From positions 320,001-384,000 of the forward strand of contig CAVPVX010000007.1 in the NCBI GenBank assembly GCA_963709345.1: a stretch of DNA of 64,000 bases, given 5' to 3'. A model generated the notes under the pieces. The model was not told the DNA's origin, did no database searches, and saw only the letters and a program-made list of their open reading frames with translations. The translations under genes and the position numbers were made by a program. The DNA comes from an uncultured Actinomycetes bacterium (GTDB lineage Bacteria > Actinomycetota > Thermoleophilia > UBA2241). This document shows, piece after piece, positions 52,207-63,951 of this stretch. Numbering within the stretch: the first letter of the stretch is position 1; every line of letters starts with the position of its first letter.

Positions 52207-53706
52207 TCAGCTCGCGAGCGACTGCTCGAAGAGGTGCCGCAGTGGGTCGGCGTTGAGCCGCCCGCCGTCGTGCCGCAGGAGCAGCCGCTCGGCCGTGAGC
52301 TCCTGCCCGCCGGACCACAGCTCGCGCAGCCAGTCGCCCGCCGCCGGTCTCGTGAACCAGGCGAACCCGAAACGGTCCTGGAGCATGAGGCGCAGCGCGC
52401 CCTCGAGCATCCAGGCGCGCAGGTAGCTCGCACAGTAGAAGCCGTCGTCGACGTCGACAAGGTAGTTCTGGGGCGGGACTTCCACCAGCGTCGCGTCGCT
52501 GAGCCGGCGACTGTACTCGGCAGCCATGGCGTCGAGGTCTCCGGTCTGCGCGTGCAGGGTCGTCTCGTAGGCGAGCTTCGCCGCGTAGCGGCGCATGAAG
52601 TACAGGTCGTTGACCGCCGCGAATCTGACGAACTCGTCGCTGTCTTCGTACCCGAGCATCTGCGTGAGCCACTCGCGGTTGAGGATGAGGTGGTCGAAGG
52701 TGAACGCGAACCCCTCGGTGACCGCGTTGTCACCGAGATGCCGGTACTCGAACGCGAGCTCGGGCCTGACGTGCGCGAAGTGCTCGGTGTGCCCGGCCTC
52801 GTGCAGCAGCGTCGCGTAGTCGTCCTGCCCCCCGCGCGGGAGCACGACAAGGTAGATTTCGCCGGGCACGCGCACGGGCGCGCAGAACGCTCGCGGCGAC
52901 TTGAGCTCGCGTACCTCGGTGTCGAGGTGGATGTTCGGCTGCGCGGCCAGGTCGATGCCCAGACCGCTGAGGGTCTTGCGCAGGGTCGGCACCAGCCCCT
53001 CCGCCGTGAAAGTGGCGTCGAAGCCTTCGGCGCGCCAGAGATAGGGCAGGTCCGCGAACTGGAGGTCCTCGAGACCGACCCCGAGACGCTCGCTCACCAG
53101 ACGGTCCATCGCCCGCTCATAGAGACCGGCGGTGTCGGAAAGGAATGCCTCGAGCTCGGCGCGCAGATGGTCGTAGTCCAGACCCCGGATCTCGGCGTAC
53201 AGCTCCTTGTAGTTCTTGTGCCCCAGCTCCGCGGCAAGCTCGTGGCAACGACGCCAGATGCGCTCGAGAAGAGGATTCAGCTTCTCGGCCGTCGCCGCGA
53301 GACGCGCCTCCTGGATGCGCCTCCGGCGTGCGGGGTCGTGCTCGTTCCCCTGGGCGACGCCCGCCTGCCGCAGACCGATGGTCTCGCCGCCGACATCGAT
53401 CTGCGCCGCCCCCTCAGTGTTGGCGAGCTCGTCGGCCAGATGCTTGGTCTGCTCGCCCATGAAGCCGTCGACGGCGAAAGCGAGCAGATACGCGAGGCGC
53501 AGCTTTGCGTCGCCGGTGGCCTCGCGGTAGAGGCCCTCGAGGCCTTCGATGCTCTCGCCTGTGAACAGCTCCGGATAGCGATCGTACACTGCCGCCGTGT
53601 CGCAGACAGGCTTGCGGCCGGAGAAGTGCTCGTAGTACTCGAGGTCGAGCGCGCCGACGAACTCCTCGGCGCGCCGCCGGTACCGGTGAAGATCGAGAAC
53701 GCCCAA
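52207..53706 (-). CDS. M3-like (gluzincin) metallopeptidase
   Basis: KSPRAFC, LLHEAGHTEH, VTEGFA motifs; AAGGAGG RBS before TTG. Confidence 0.75.
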   Translation of the reverse strand: MGVLDLHRYRRRAEEFVGALDLEYYEHFSGRKPVCDTAAVYDRYPELFTGESIEGLEGLYREATGDAKLRLAYLLAFAVDGFMGEQTKHLADELANTEGAAQIDVGGETIGLRQAGVAQGNEHDPARRRRIQEARLAATAEKLNPLLERIWRRCHELAAELGHKNYKELYAEIRGLDYDHLRAELEAFLSDTAGLYERAMDRLVSERLGVGLEDLQFADLPYLWRAEGFDATFTAEGLVPTLRKTLSGLGIDLAAQPNIHLDTEVRELKSPRAFCAPVRVPGEIYLVVLPRGGQDDYATLLHEAGHTEHFAHVRPELAFEYRHLGDNAVTEGFAFTFDHLILNREWLTQMLGYEDSDEFVRFAAVNDLYFMRRYAAKLAYETTLHAQTGDLDAMAAEYSRRLSDATLVEVPPQNYLVDVDDGFYCASYLRAWMLEGALRLMLQDRFGFAWFTRPAAGDWLRELWSGGQELTAERLLLRHDGGRLNADPLRHLFEQSLAS

Positions 53707-53855
53707 CGGACCCTCCTTCCGTCGGTGACGCCGAAGTGGCGACACCAGCCTCGACTCTACCAGCAGACGTCCCGCCTCACAGCCCGATCGAGGCCTCGCA
53801 GGGTGGACGATAGCCGACTCGCAGGCCACCCGGTGAACGAGTACACTCGCGCTTC

Positions 53856-55250
53856 ATGCCACCGCATCCCGGAGACACCGTACGCCTGGACGTGACCTCG
53901 CTCGCCTACGGCGGGCAGGGCATCGCGCGCCTGGACGACTTCGTCGTCTTCGTGCGCGGCGGCGTGCCGGGCGACACCGTGCTGGCACGTATCACGCGCC
54001 GCAAGAAGTCGCACGCCGAGGCGAGGGCGCTGGAGATCGTCTCGCCCTCGCCCGACCGCGTGCCCCCGCGCTGCGCCCACGCCGCCACCTGCGGCGGCTG
54101 CGAGTGGCAGACGCTCGCCTACTCGAAGCAGCTCCAGTTCAAGCAGCAGCAGGTGGTCGACTCGCTGGAGCGACTGGGGCACCTGAGCGGTTTCGAGCTC
54201 GACCCCATCCTCGGCATGGACGACCCGTGGCGCTACCGCAACAAGATGGAGTTCTCGTTCGGCGCATCCGAGAGCGGCGATCTCGTGCTTGGCCTGCACA
54301 AGCGCGGCTCGTGGCGCGAGGTCGTCGACATCATCGACTGCCGCCTCGCCTCCGAGCGCATGAACGCCGCGCGCCTGGCGGTAGCGCGGGCCTGCCGGTC
54401 GCTGGAGCTCGCGCCGCATGGGCGCGACCGCAACGACCCCGCGGGCCTCCTGCGCCACCTCGTGGTGCGCGAAGGGCGCAGCAGCGGTGACCTGCTGGTC
54501 AACCTGTTCGTCACCGGGCGCTTCCCCGAAGAGGACGACCTCGTCGAGCGCGTCGTCGCCGAGAGCGGCTGCACCTCGCTCCTCCTCACGGTCAACGACT
54601 CCCCGGCGGACGCGGCCGTGGGCGACGAGCCGCTGGCCCTGCACGGCGAACCCTTCCTCCGCGAACGCCTCGCCGGGTGCGACCTGCGCGTGCCGGCGAC
54701 GGCTTTTCTCCAGACCAACAGCGCGATGTGCGAGACGCTCTACGAGACGGCGCTCCACTACGCGGATGCGGACCCCGGCCGCCCTTCCGTCGACCTGTAC
54801 TGCGGCATCGGCTCGCTGACCCTTCCGCTGGCGCGCGCGTCCCGGGAAGTCCAGGCCGTGGAGATCCAGGAGGAGGCGATCGCCGCGGCGCGCGTGAACG
54901 CGGACCTCAACGCTGTCGCCGGCGTCGGCTTCCACGCCGCCGACGTGCGCCCGCTGCTGCGCTTCCCCCCGCACCCCGTACTGGACCACGAACGCGCGAC
55001 CGCGGAGGACCGCCCGGCGGTGGTGGTCACCGATCCGCCACGGGCAGGCATGGCCCGCAAGGCGCTGCAACGCTCGGCCGCGCTCGGCGCCGAGCGCTTC
55101 GTGTACGTGTCGTGCAACCCCACGACTCTGGCCGGCAACGCCGCCGAGCTGACGGAACTGGGGTACCGACTGACGAAGGTCGCGCCCGTCGACATGTTCC
55201 CGCACACCCACCACATCGAGACCGTGGCGCTCTTCACCCAGGACGCGTAG
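53856..55250 (+). CDS. rlmD: 23S rRNA m5U1939 methyltransferase RlmD
   Basis: TRAM domain; CGGC, YRNK, FLQTN, DLYCGIG, DPPRAG, YVSCNP, DMFPHT motifs. Confidence 0.93.
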   Translation: MPPHPGDTVRLDVTSLAYGGQGIARLDDFVVFVRGGVPGDTVLARITRRKKSHAEARALEIVSPSPDRVPPRCAHAATCGGCEWQTLAYSKQLQFKQQQVVDSLERLGHLSGFELDPILGMDDPWRYRNKMEFSFGASESGDLVLGLHKRGSWREVVDIIDCRLASERMNAARLAVARACRSLELAPHGRDRNDPAGLLRHLVVREGRSSGDLLVNLFVTGRFPEEDDLVERVVAESGCTSLLLTVNDSPADAAVGDEPLALHGEPFLRERLAGCDLRVPATAFLQTNSAMCETLYETALHYADADPGRPSVDLYCGIGSLTLPLARASREVQAVEIQEEAIAAARVNADLNAVAGVGFHAADVRPLLRFPPHPVLDHERATAEDRPAVVVTDPPRAGMARKALQRSAALGAERFVYVSCNPTTLAGNAAELTELGYRLTKVAPVDMFPHTHHIETVALFTQDA

Positions 55251-55298
55251 CCCCCGAGAAGGCGATGCAGGCGCCCGGCTCCCGGCGCGAGCGACTCG

Positions 55299-56042
55299 TC
55301 AGCCCCCACCGCGCGGCGTCGTCCTGCGACTCTCACGGATCCGCACCAGCAGCAGATCGGCGTTGACCGCGAGAAACGCCGCGGAGAGCAGAGGCAGAGC
55401 GGGCAACGCCGTCCACCACATCGCCACCGCGATCGTCCCGAGGAACGACCCCACCATGGCCACGGCGCTCCACCGCGCGCGCAGGCCGAACCGCTTGGCC
55501 GCCCCCAGATACAGGGCAAGGAAGATCACGTCGCTGACGCCGAGCCCCGTGAACGCCTCGGCGTACGTGTAGCCCGCCCACGTCACCACCACGGTGAAGT
55601 AGCCGACGACCACAGGGCCCTTTTCGAGGATCGCCTTCGTCGGCCCCGCCGCCACACTGACGATGTCCACCGCCGCGGACACGACGGCGACGATGACCAC
55701 CCAGCTCAAGCGCTCGAGCTCCTCCGCGATCCAGAGGCCGAGGGCGCCGGCGGCGACGACCTTGGCGACATTGGCCAGGGGGATCCAGCCGAGCCAGACG
55801 AAGAGGACGGCCAGCGGAAGCGCCGCCACGGTGATCAGCGGCAGGCGCCGGCCAAGCGCGCGAAGCGGCAGCATCCCCCACACCAGCAGTGCGGCGAGAG
55901 ACAGGACGACGGCCGCCGAGACCATGATGTCGAGACGCACGGGAAGCGCCGGGAGAGCGCTGCTCCCATACCCCCAGGCGAGGAGGAGCGCCCCGGCCAC
56001 GAACGCCGGCGCGCCGACCTTCGCTGAGGGGGAACGAGTCAC
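55299..56042 (-). CDS. hypothetical multi-pass membrane protein (presenilin/SPP-like motifs)
   Basis: Hydrophobic; AVDIVSV, GLGVSD and LPALP motifs recall GxGD proteases; start uncertain. Confidence 0.55.
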   Translation of the reverse strand: MTRSPSAKVGAPAFVAGALLLAWGYGSSALPALPVRLDIMVSAAVVLSLAALLVWGMLPLRALGRRLPLITVAALPLAVLFVWLGWIPLANVAKVVAAGALGLWIAEELERLSWVVIVAVVSAAVDIVSVAAGPTKAILEKGPVVVGYFTVVVTWAGYTYAEAFTGLGVSDVIFLALYLGAAKRFGLRARWSAVAMVGSFLGTIAVAMWWTALPALPLLSAAFLAVNADLLLVRIRESRRTTPRGGG

Positions 56043-56088
56043 GGCCGGGCCCGCCGATCCCGCGGGCGGAAGCGGCGGGTCGCGCGAC

Positions 56089-56691
56089 TCAGTACGGCGG
56101 GATTCCGTCGTACCACTCTCCGAGCCGGCGGAAGGCACGCCAGAAGCCGGCCTTGAGCCGCTGCTCGTCGAGCGAGGCGTCGATGTCCGGAGTGACGAGC
56201 ACCTCGGTGCCCGGCGTGAACTCCACGAGCTCGCCGGGCGTGTACTGCAGCTCCCTGGCCAGGGGGATCTGCGCCGCGCTCAGGGCGGCGACGGTCTCCT
56301 CCCCCATGGCGACGATGAGCTTGGGGTTCACGATGGCGAGCTCGCGACGCAGGTGGTCGATGCACTTGGCCTCCGGGTGCGCCTCGCGGACGTCACCGCA
56401 CTTCACGACGTTGGTGCCGTACAGCTGCAGAGGGTCGATCTTGAGGCGCTGGCAACTCTTCATGAGCGCCGTGCCGGCGCGGCCGAAGAAGGCCACTCCC
56501 TCGTGTTGTTCGGATGGACGCGCCTGGAACTTGAGCAGGAATATGTCGGCCATTGGATGGCCGGAGCCGATCACCGGCATCGTGCGCGCATGACGACACC
56601 TGGAACACCTGAGGATCTCGCCGGTCAGCTCGTTGGTCTCGCTGATGGCCCGGGTCAGATACTTGTCGTAGATCTCGTTGGGTTGCGCCAC
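56089..56691 (-). CDS. uracil-DNA glycosylase family 4-like protein
   Basis: CSRC, PVIGSG, AFFGRAG, TNVVKC, C..HLRREL motifs; catalytic GE(A/G)PG is degenerate. Confidence 0.7.
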   Translation of the reverse strand: MAQPNEIYDKYLTRAISETNELTGEILRCSRCRHARTMPVIGSGHPMADIFLLKFQARPSEQHEGVAFFGRAGTALMKSCQRLKIDPLQLYGTNVVKCGDVREAHPEAKCIDHLRRELAIVNPKLIVAMGEETVAALSAAQIPLARELQYTPGELVEFTPGTEVLVTPDIDASLDEQRLKAGFWRAFRRLGEWYDGIPPY

Positions 56692-56792
56692 GGGGACCTC
56701 GTTCCGGGGGTGCTGGCTAGGTAGTTCGCGCCGTGGCTGCGAACTCCTCGCGACGCCTGGGCAAATGCCGCTCAGGCCGGACCACCACGCTG

Positions 56793-58694
56793 CTACGCAG
56801 GAGGAACACCCTGCCCGGACTCCCTCGCGGAGCCGCTCATCGTCGTCTGGATGAGCTTCAGCGACTGCAGGTAGATGCGGCTTCGGGGCCGGCGCACGAT
56901 GCGGCTCTCGGCGAGAGCGCGGACGAAGTCGCCCGGGCCGTCGAAGTCGTCCATGCCACACAGAGCCGTGCCGATACCCTGGAGCACGTGCGCGTCACTG
57001 CCGGCGGCCGCCGGCAGGCGATACCGCTGGGCGAAGCGCTCAGCCTGTTCGTTGAAGCCGGGGAAGGCCAGCCGCGAGTTGAACACCTCGACGGCGTCGA
57101 TGTCGGCGACGGCGGCGCGCAGGATCGAGGGACCGGGGATGGTGTGCAGCCGGTCGAAGGGGTGAGGCACGTAGACCACGCCTCCCTGCTCCCTGATCGC
57201 GGCAACGGTCTCGGCGAACGTCATCCCGCCGGGTATCGTGCGCTCGAGAAAGAGCCCGATGACTTCGCCCTCGCTGGTCTTGACCTCCTCGCCGACGATG
57301 ACCCTGACCCCGTAGCGACCGGCGAGTTCGCGCGCCTCCAGCCCTCCGGCGACGCTGTCGTGGTCGGTGATCGCCACCACATCCAGCCCGACCTCCCGGG
57401 CGCGCTCGAGGATGTCGGCGACGGGCATCGTGCAGTCCTTGCTGTGATGCGAGTGGATGTGAAAGTCGGCGAAGATCTCGCGCTGCTGGCGGCGGCGGCG
57501 CGGCAAAGGGTGACGGCGGCGGCCGGCGACCTCGGTGTAGACGTCCTCGATGTCGCCGGCGACCCGCTCCCAGTCGTAGCGTCGCACCGTCCGCAGCGCC
57601 TCCGCCGAGAGCCGCCGCCGCAGGGCGTCGTCGTCGATCAGCCGGGTGAGCGCCGCGGCGAGCGCCCGGACGTCCCGTGGGCGAACGAGAAGGCCGTCGC
57701 TCCCGTCGTCGATGACCTCGTCGTAGCCACGGATCCGCGAGGCGACGACCGCGGCTCCGGACGCCATCGCCTCGAGCAGCGCGACACCCGCCGTCTCGGG
57801 GCCGAGCGACGGCGAGCAGAAGACGTCGGCGCGGCGCAGGAGGCCGGCCACGTCCTCTTGAGGGAGTCTCCCGTGAAATCGCACCCGGTCCTCCCAGCCC
57901 GGCGGCACCAGGCGCGCGTACCGGCGCTCCTGGGCGTCGTTGCCGCACACGTCGAGCGTCACTCCCCCGTGGTCGCTCATGAGCCGCAGGGCGCGCAGCA
58001 GGACGCCCAGCCCCTTGCGCCGCTCCTCGCCGCCCGTGAACGCGAGGCGCAGCGGGCCGTCGGTCACGGCGCCGGAAGGCCGGAACCGGTCGAGATCGAC
58101 GCCGGCGGGGATCACACGGTAGGCGCCGGGGAACGTGGCCGCGGCGATATCTCGCACGGCCGCCGACGACGCGATCGCCGCGTCGAGCGAGTCGAAGAGC
58201 CGCTGCAACTGCGGCCGCGTCGACCAGAACGGCCGCATGCGCTCGGGGTTGGCGTGGAACGTCGCGACGAGCGGGCAGCCGGCGTGCCGGAGGGTCGACC
58301 AGCCCAGGCCCGGCACGAAGGGCTCGTTCAGGTGCAGAAGGTCGAAGTCCTCGGCGCCGAGCAGGACGTCGATGTTGGCGATGAGGTCCGACGGGGCCGC
58401 GATGAGACTCAGCGCGCGGCTCTCGCGCACCGCGTAGGTCGCGCCGGCGAAGAAGAAGCGCGGGTACGGCTCGTCCGGCAGGAACAGCGTGTCACGCTCG
58501 CCGGTGAGCACCGCTCTCACCCGGCGCTGCGCCTCCTCGACCGCCAGCCGGTCGGCGTTCGGCGCTATGACCGTGACGCGATGGCCGCGGACGGTGAGCC
58601 GCCCGGCCAGCGCCAGGACCTGGCGATTGACCGGAGAGGGCGTCGTCCACAGAAACGGGGTGAGGATGCCCAGCGTGAGTCCCATGCCGGTCAC
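56793..58694 (-). CDS. GT4 (PimA-like) glycosyltransferase fused to a PHP domain
   Basis: HLNEPFVP, ERRKG, ETAGVALLEAMASG; then DFHIHS, ITDH, GEEV, PHPFD, GSDAH. Confidence 0.85.
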   Translation of the reverse strand: MTGMGLTLGILTPFLWTTPSPVNRQVLALAGRLTVRGHRVTVIAPNADRLAVEEAQRRVRAVLTGERDTLFLPDEPYPRFFFAGATYAVRESRALSLIAAPSDLIANIDVLLGAEDFDLLHLNEPFVPGLGWSTLRHAGCPLVATFHANPERMRPFWSTRPQLQRLFDSLDAAIASSAAVRDIAAATFPGAYRVIPAGVDLDRFRPSGAVTDGPLRLAFTGGEERRKGLGVLLRALRLMSDHGGVTLDVCGNDAQERRYARLVPPGWEDRVRFHGRLPQEDVAGLLRRADVFCSPSLGPETAGVALLEAMASGAAVVASRIRGYDEVIDDGSDGLLVRPRDVRALAAALTRLIDDDALRRRLSAEALRTVRRYDWERVAGDIEDVYTEVAGRRRHPLPRRRRQQREIFADFHIHSHHSKDCTMPVADILERAREVGLDVVAITDHDSVAGGLEARELAGRYGVRVIVGEEVKTSEGEVIGLFLERTIPGGMTFAETVAAIREQGGVVYVPHPFDRLHTIPGPSILRAAVADIDAVEVFNSRLAFPGFNEQAERFAQRYRLPAAAGSDAHVLQGIGTALCGMDDFDGPGDFVRALAESRIVRRPRSRIYLQSLKLIQTTMSGSARESGQGVPPA

Positions 58695-58814
58695 ATGCTA
58701 CCCCAGCCGGGCGCCCGGGAGGGCGCGCGCCGGCAGCGCCACCCGCCCGGCGGTGACGACACGCCGGGGCCGTTGTGATGCGGGAAACCCTCTGCGCGCA
58801 CGTCGCGCCCGAGG

Positions 58815-59918
<1,104 letters not shown>

Positions 59919-60095
59919 GGTCGATCTACCTCCACTGGCTGCGGCCGCAGTGGCGACCGCTCAATCGGGGGCCCGAAGCAGGGCGCACAGGCTGCTCCCG
60001 CGGGGCTCAAGATAACGCGCGAGAGTATATCATGCAGCCGCGATGGCAACGTCGGCGCGCCGTGGCGTCGACGGGACGCCGCCTCGCGGCTCCGC

Positions 60096-60731
60096 TCAGC
60101 CGCCACCCTCCACGTGCTGCTCCTCACGCCGCAGCTTGCGCAGCACGTGGACCATGCGGTGACCGACGGTCAGCGTGGTCAGCGCCGCGAGGAGATACAG
60201 CATCCACACGAGGAAGCTGCTACCGCCTATCTGCCACCAGGAGAACAGGAAGCCCAAACCGAGCCCGACGAGACGCTCCGGCCGTGACATGAAGCCCACC
60301 TTGCAGTCCACGCCGAGCGCTTCGGCGCGAGCGCGGGTGTAGGAGACCATCTGCGAAGCCCCCATGAACACCAGGGCGGCGATCGTGGGTCCCCACTGCT
60401 CCTCACGCACGAAGTACACGACGAGAGCCGAGGAGATCATCAACTCCGAGACACGGTCGGTCGTCGAGTCGAGAAAGGCGCCCGCCCGCGTCGACCCGAC
60501 GCCGGCGCGCGCGACGGCGCCGTCGAGAGCGTCGCAGATCGCCGCCACGGCGCCGACGAGCACCGCCCAGCCGAAGTGGCCTGTCACGATCAGGGGCAGG
60601 CCGCCGATCTGCAGCAGCAGGCCGAATACCGTGAGCATGTCGGCGGTCACGCCGGCGTGCGCCAAGACGATCCCGAGCTTGAAGAACCCGCGGCGGGCGC
60701 CGTCGGTGTAGCGCGTCTTGAGGTTCGTCAC
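60096..60731 (-). CDS. CDP-alcohol phosphatidyltransferase (PI/PIP synthase-like)
   Basis: DALDGAVAR...GAFLDSTTDR; SYTRARAE; RPER. Confidence 0.9.
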   Translation of the reverse strand: MTNLKTRYTDGARRGFFKLGIVLAHAGVTADMLTVFGLLLQIGGLPLIVTGHFGWAVLVGAVAAICDALDGAVARAGVGSTRAGAFLDSTTDRVSELMISSALVVYFVREEQWGPTIAALVFMGASQMVSYTRARAEALGVDCKVGFMSRPERLVGLGLGFLFSWWQIGGSSFLVWMLYLLAALTTLTVGHRMVHVLRKLRREEQHVEGGG

Positions 60732-60732
60732 G

Positions 60733-61527
60733 TCAGCCGTCGCGCTCGCGCACGGTGAGCGGCGAGGACTGGGTGACGGCGCTCGGCTGCACGTTCTCGG
60801 CGAACGCCCAGGCAGCCAGCACAACGAGACCCCCGGCCACCGCATCGATGATGAAGTGATTGCCGGTGGCGATGATCGCGACCAGGACGATGAACGCGTA
60901 CGAGAAGCCGAGGACGCTCAGCCAGCGCTCGCGGCCGAGCGCGCAGAGAGCGATGGCGATGAAGAGCGCGTAGCCGAAGTGCAGGCTCGGCATGGCCGCG
61001 AACGGGTTGGCCAGCAGCCCGCCCTCGAGGATCTGCTCACGCACGCCCTGAAGGAAGTTGATGTCGGCGACGCCGGATGTGAAGATCATGCGCGGCGGCG
61101 CCGTCGGCAGCAGGGCGAACGCGATCACGGCGATGAAGTTCATGGCGAGAAACCAGTTGCGGTAGAGCGACCAGTGGCTGCGCCGCTGCGTGAAGATCCA
61201 CACCATGGTGCCGATGATGAGCGGCAGGTGCAGGTTGGCGTAGATCCAGACGAGGGACGTCATGAGCGGCTCGACCGCGCTGATCCGCCCCTGGATCCAC
61301 GGCTCCCACCAGATGCCAAGGGCCTTCTCCAGATTCATGAAGTAGACACCGTTGGCGATGGCGACGGCCTCGCGCCCCTGGGCGAGAGCCCTGGACACGT
61401 CGTAGGCCGCGTAGCAGGCGACCATGATCATGCCTTGGCGGAGCACGTCTTCCCCGCCCCGCGGGGCAAGAGAGAATCTAGCGTCATTGAGAAGACGACC
61501 GACCGCAGGCCCGAGGCGCAAACTCAC
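60733..61527 (-). CDS. PAP2/Aur1-like membrane phosphatase or phosphotransferase
   Basis: PTAPPR, NPFAAMPSLH, TGNHFIID motifs; start uncertain. Confidence 0.85.
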   Translation of the reverse strand: MSLRLGPAVGRLLNDARFSLAPRGGEDVLRQGMIMVACYAAYDVSRALAQGREAVAIANGVYFMNLEKALGIWWEPWIQGRISAVEPLMTSLVWIYANLHLPLIIGTMVWIFTQRRSHWSLYRNWFLAMNFIAVIAFALLPTAPPRMIFTSGVADINFLQGVREQILEGGLLANPFAAMPSLHFGYALFIAIALCALGRERWLSVLGFSYAFIVLVAIIATGNHFIIDAVAGGLVVLAAWAFAENVQPSAVTQSSPLTVRERDG

Positions 61528-61644
61528 CCTCTCCGTCCTCCCGTCAGGTAGGCGTCTTGAGCAGGCACCCACAACTGAGAAACGATACCAGAGCCATGGG
61601 GACGCGGGCAACTGATTCAGAGGAGGCGCGTGTGCGTGTAATGA

Positions 61645-61720
61645 TGGTGGGCCGTGAAGGATTCGAACCTTCGACCTTGGGATTAAGAGTCCCCTGCTCT
61701 ACCAACTAAGCTAACGGCCC
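61645..61720 (-). tRNA. tRNA-Lys(CTT)
   Basis: Reverse complement GGGCCGTTAGCTTAG...CTCTTAA...GGTTCGAATCC...CGGCCCACCA. Confidence 0.95.
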
Positions 61721-61776
61721 ACGCGGGACGAGGCGATATGGTACCAGCCGGCCGCGGTCTTGCCAAACGCCCGACC

Positions 61777-62007
61777 TCAGCCGCCGAAGACGTGCCGCCC
61801 CGCCACCTCGTAGCCCTCGGCGGCCACGGCCGCTTCGATGCTCTCGAGCGGGACTGTGGTGGCATCGAAGTCCACCGCCACGGTCTTCTCGCCCACGTCG
61901 ACCAGCGCCGCCTCCACCCCGTCCAGGGCGCTCAGAGCCGACTCGATCGCCATCTTGCAGTGGTCGCACGATACCGACGGAACGTTGAGCACGACGCGCG
62001 TGGCCAT
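61777..62007 (-). CDS. copZ: copper chaperone CopZ / HMA-domain protein
   Basis: SCDHC metal motif; GYEV end. Confidence 0.88.
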   Translation of the reverse strand: MATRVVLNVPSVSCDHCKMAIESALSALDGVEAALVDVGEKTVAVDFDATTVPLESIEAAVAAEGYEVAGRHVFGG

Positions 62008-62009
62008 CG

Positions 62010-62825
62010 TTATCCCTTTCCTTCTGCCGCCGGCGACCCCAGCTCGTCCAGCCGGAAGGTCGCCGAGCGTCCTTCGCCGAAGTCGACGGTGACGCTGTCG
62101 ACGGGCGCCAGCAGGTCGATGACCTTACCTTCCCCGGAAGGCGTGCGAACGATAGCGCCACGCTTGGGCGCCCGCTTCCGGAACGAGACGTAGACCTGAT
62201 GCTCGTACTTGAGACAGCACATGAGGCGGCCGCAACAGCCGGAGATCTTGGTCGGGTTGAGCGGCAGGTTCTGGTCTTTCGCCATGCGGATGGATACGGG
62301 CTCCTGGTCCCCGGCGAAGGTGGCGCAGCACAAGCTGCGCCCGCAGGGACCGAAGCCGCCGACGATACGCGACTCGTCACGGGCGCTGACCTGCTTGAGT
62401 TCCACGCGCCGCCCAAGGCGGTCGCTGAGCTTGCCTACCAGTTCCCTGAAGTCGACGCGTTCCTCCGCGAAGAACGTGATCGTCAGCTTGGGGCTGTCGA
62501 AGGCCTGGCGAGCGTCGACGACCTTCATGTCGAGCCGCAACTCGGCGGCCAGGCGGCGGCACTCGGCCTTGGCCTCGAGCTCCGCCCCACGATGTGAGGC
62601 GATGGCCTCGAGATCGCCGGCGGTCGCCTTGCGCACGACGCGCTTGAGGCCACGCGGGGCGGCTTCGGAGGCGACGCCGTCCGGCCCCTTGACGAGCCTG
62701 CCGAAGTCGGCGCCGCGCGTCGTCTCGACGACGACGCCGTCGCCCACGGCGAGCTCGAGGTCGCCGGCGTTGAACTTGTAGACCCTGCCGCCGCCGCGAA
62801 ACACGACGCTCGCGATCCTAGGCAC
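62010..62825 (-). CDS. ricT: PSP1-domain protein RicT/YaaT
   Basis: RVDFRELV, GPCGRSLCC, ISGCCGRLMCCLKYE motifs. Confidence 0.92.
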   Translation of the reverse strand: MPRIASVVFRGGGRVYKFNAGDLELAVGDGVVVETTRGADFGRLVKGPDGVASEAAPRGLKRVVRKATAGDLEAIASHRGAELEAKAECRRLAAELRLDMKVVDARQAFDSPKLTITFFAEERVDFRELVGKLSDRLGRRVELKQVSARDESRIVGGFGPCGRSLCCATFAGDQEPVSIRMAKDQNLPLNPTKISGCCGRLMCCLKYEHQVYVSFRKRAPKRGAIVRTPSGEGKVIDLLAPVDSVTVDFGEGRSATFRLDELGSPAAEGKG

Positions 62826-63951
62826 TGTCTGAGACCTCCTCGAAGCGCGCGAACACAGCGAGCAGCGCGAGCTTCTGGTCGACGTTCAGGTAAAGATCCT
62901 TGCGCGTCCGAGCGGCGATGCCGAGAAGCCGTGCATAGTGCTCCGGCGTCGCCACGGCTGCGGAGACGACTTCATCCCCGCGGTCGCTGTTCCAGAGTAC
63001 ATCGGTTGCCCCGGATGCGACCACCCAGAGGTCCCGGACCCAGGCTGTGAGAAGGTCGAGAGCGTCCAGCGCGGCGAGACGCCGCAACCGTCTCTCGTCC
63101 CGCTTCGCGCGCTCTTCGGCCCGACTCGAGTACCACTTCAGATCCTTCGGATCCTGGAACTGCTGCTCCAGGGCCGTGCTGGCCACGGTCAGCTCCTTCG
63201 CGACGGCTTCGGAGATCCCGGCCTGCTGGTCGTCGAGAACGCCGATGAAGGCGGCGGCCGGCTCTCGACCCTCACCCGGCCGCGCCCCGGCGAAGAACGC
63301 CGCCGCGTGTCTCAGGTACTCCTGGCGACGCCGTGGTCCCTCCGCGTCGGCGACCAGCCTGGAGGCCCGCTCCACGGCGCCGCGGGACAGCCGCGCGAGC
63401 GCCTCGGCGGCGGCGTCGTCCAGGCCGTGCCGCCTCTGCAGGTGCGCGCGCAGCACGGCGTCGCTCACCGGGCCGAACTCGACGGTCTGACAGCGCGAGA
63501 CGATGGTCGACAGCACACGCTCGAGCCGGTCGGTCTCGAGCAGGAAGACGACGTAGGGCGGCGGTTCCTCGATGCTCTTGAGCAGCTTGTTGGCGGCCGC
63601 CGGGTGGAGGTGCTCGACCCCGGGAATGACCCAGACACGATGTGCGGCCGCGAACGGCTTGAGGCTGAGGTCGGCGATCAGCGGCTTGATCTGCTCGACG
63701 CGATACACGTCGCCCTCGCGCTCCAGCACGTGCAGGTCCGGATGCACCCCGCGCCGCGCCCGCTCGCACTCGGCACAGGCGCCGCAGCCGCCGCACGGCG
63801 AGACCAGAGCGGCGCCGAGTTCCGTGGCGAACGCCGTCTTGCCCAGCCCCTCGGGGCCGGCCAGAAGATACGCGTGGCTCAGCGTGCCGTCGCGCAGCAC
63901 TCGCGCGAAGAACTCCTTCGCGCGCTCCTGCCCGGGCGTGCCCTCGAACAT
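62818..63951 (-). CDS. holB: DNA polymerase III delta' subunit
   Basis: HAYLLAGPEGLGK, CGGCGACAEC, HPD, AANKLLKSIEEP, TIVSRC motifs; upstream of ricT. Confidence 0.9.
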   Translation of the reverse strand: MFEGTPGQERAKEFFARVLRDGTLSHAYLLAGPEGLGKTAFATELGAALVSPCGGCGACAECERARRGVHPDLHVLEREGDVYRVEQIKPLIADLSLKPFAAAHRVWVIPGVEHLHPAAANKLLKSIEEPPPYVVFLLETDRLERVLSTIVSRCQTVEFGPVSDAVLRAHLQRRHGLDDAAAEALARLSRGAVERASRLVADAEGPRRRQEYLRHAAAFFAGARPGEGREPAAAFIGVLDDQQAGISEAVAKELTVASTALEQQFQDPKDLKWYSSRAEERAKRDERRLRRLAALDALDLLTAWVRDLWVVASGATDVLWNSDRGDEVVSAAVATPEHYARLLGIAARTRKDLYLNVDQKLALLAVFARFEEVSDSA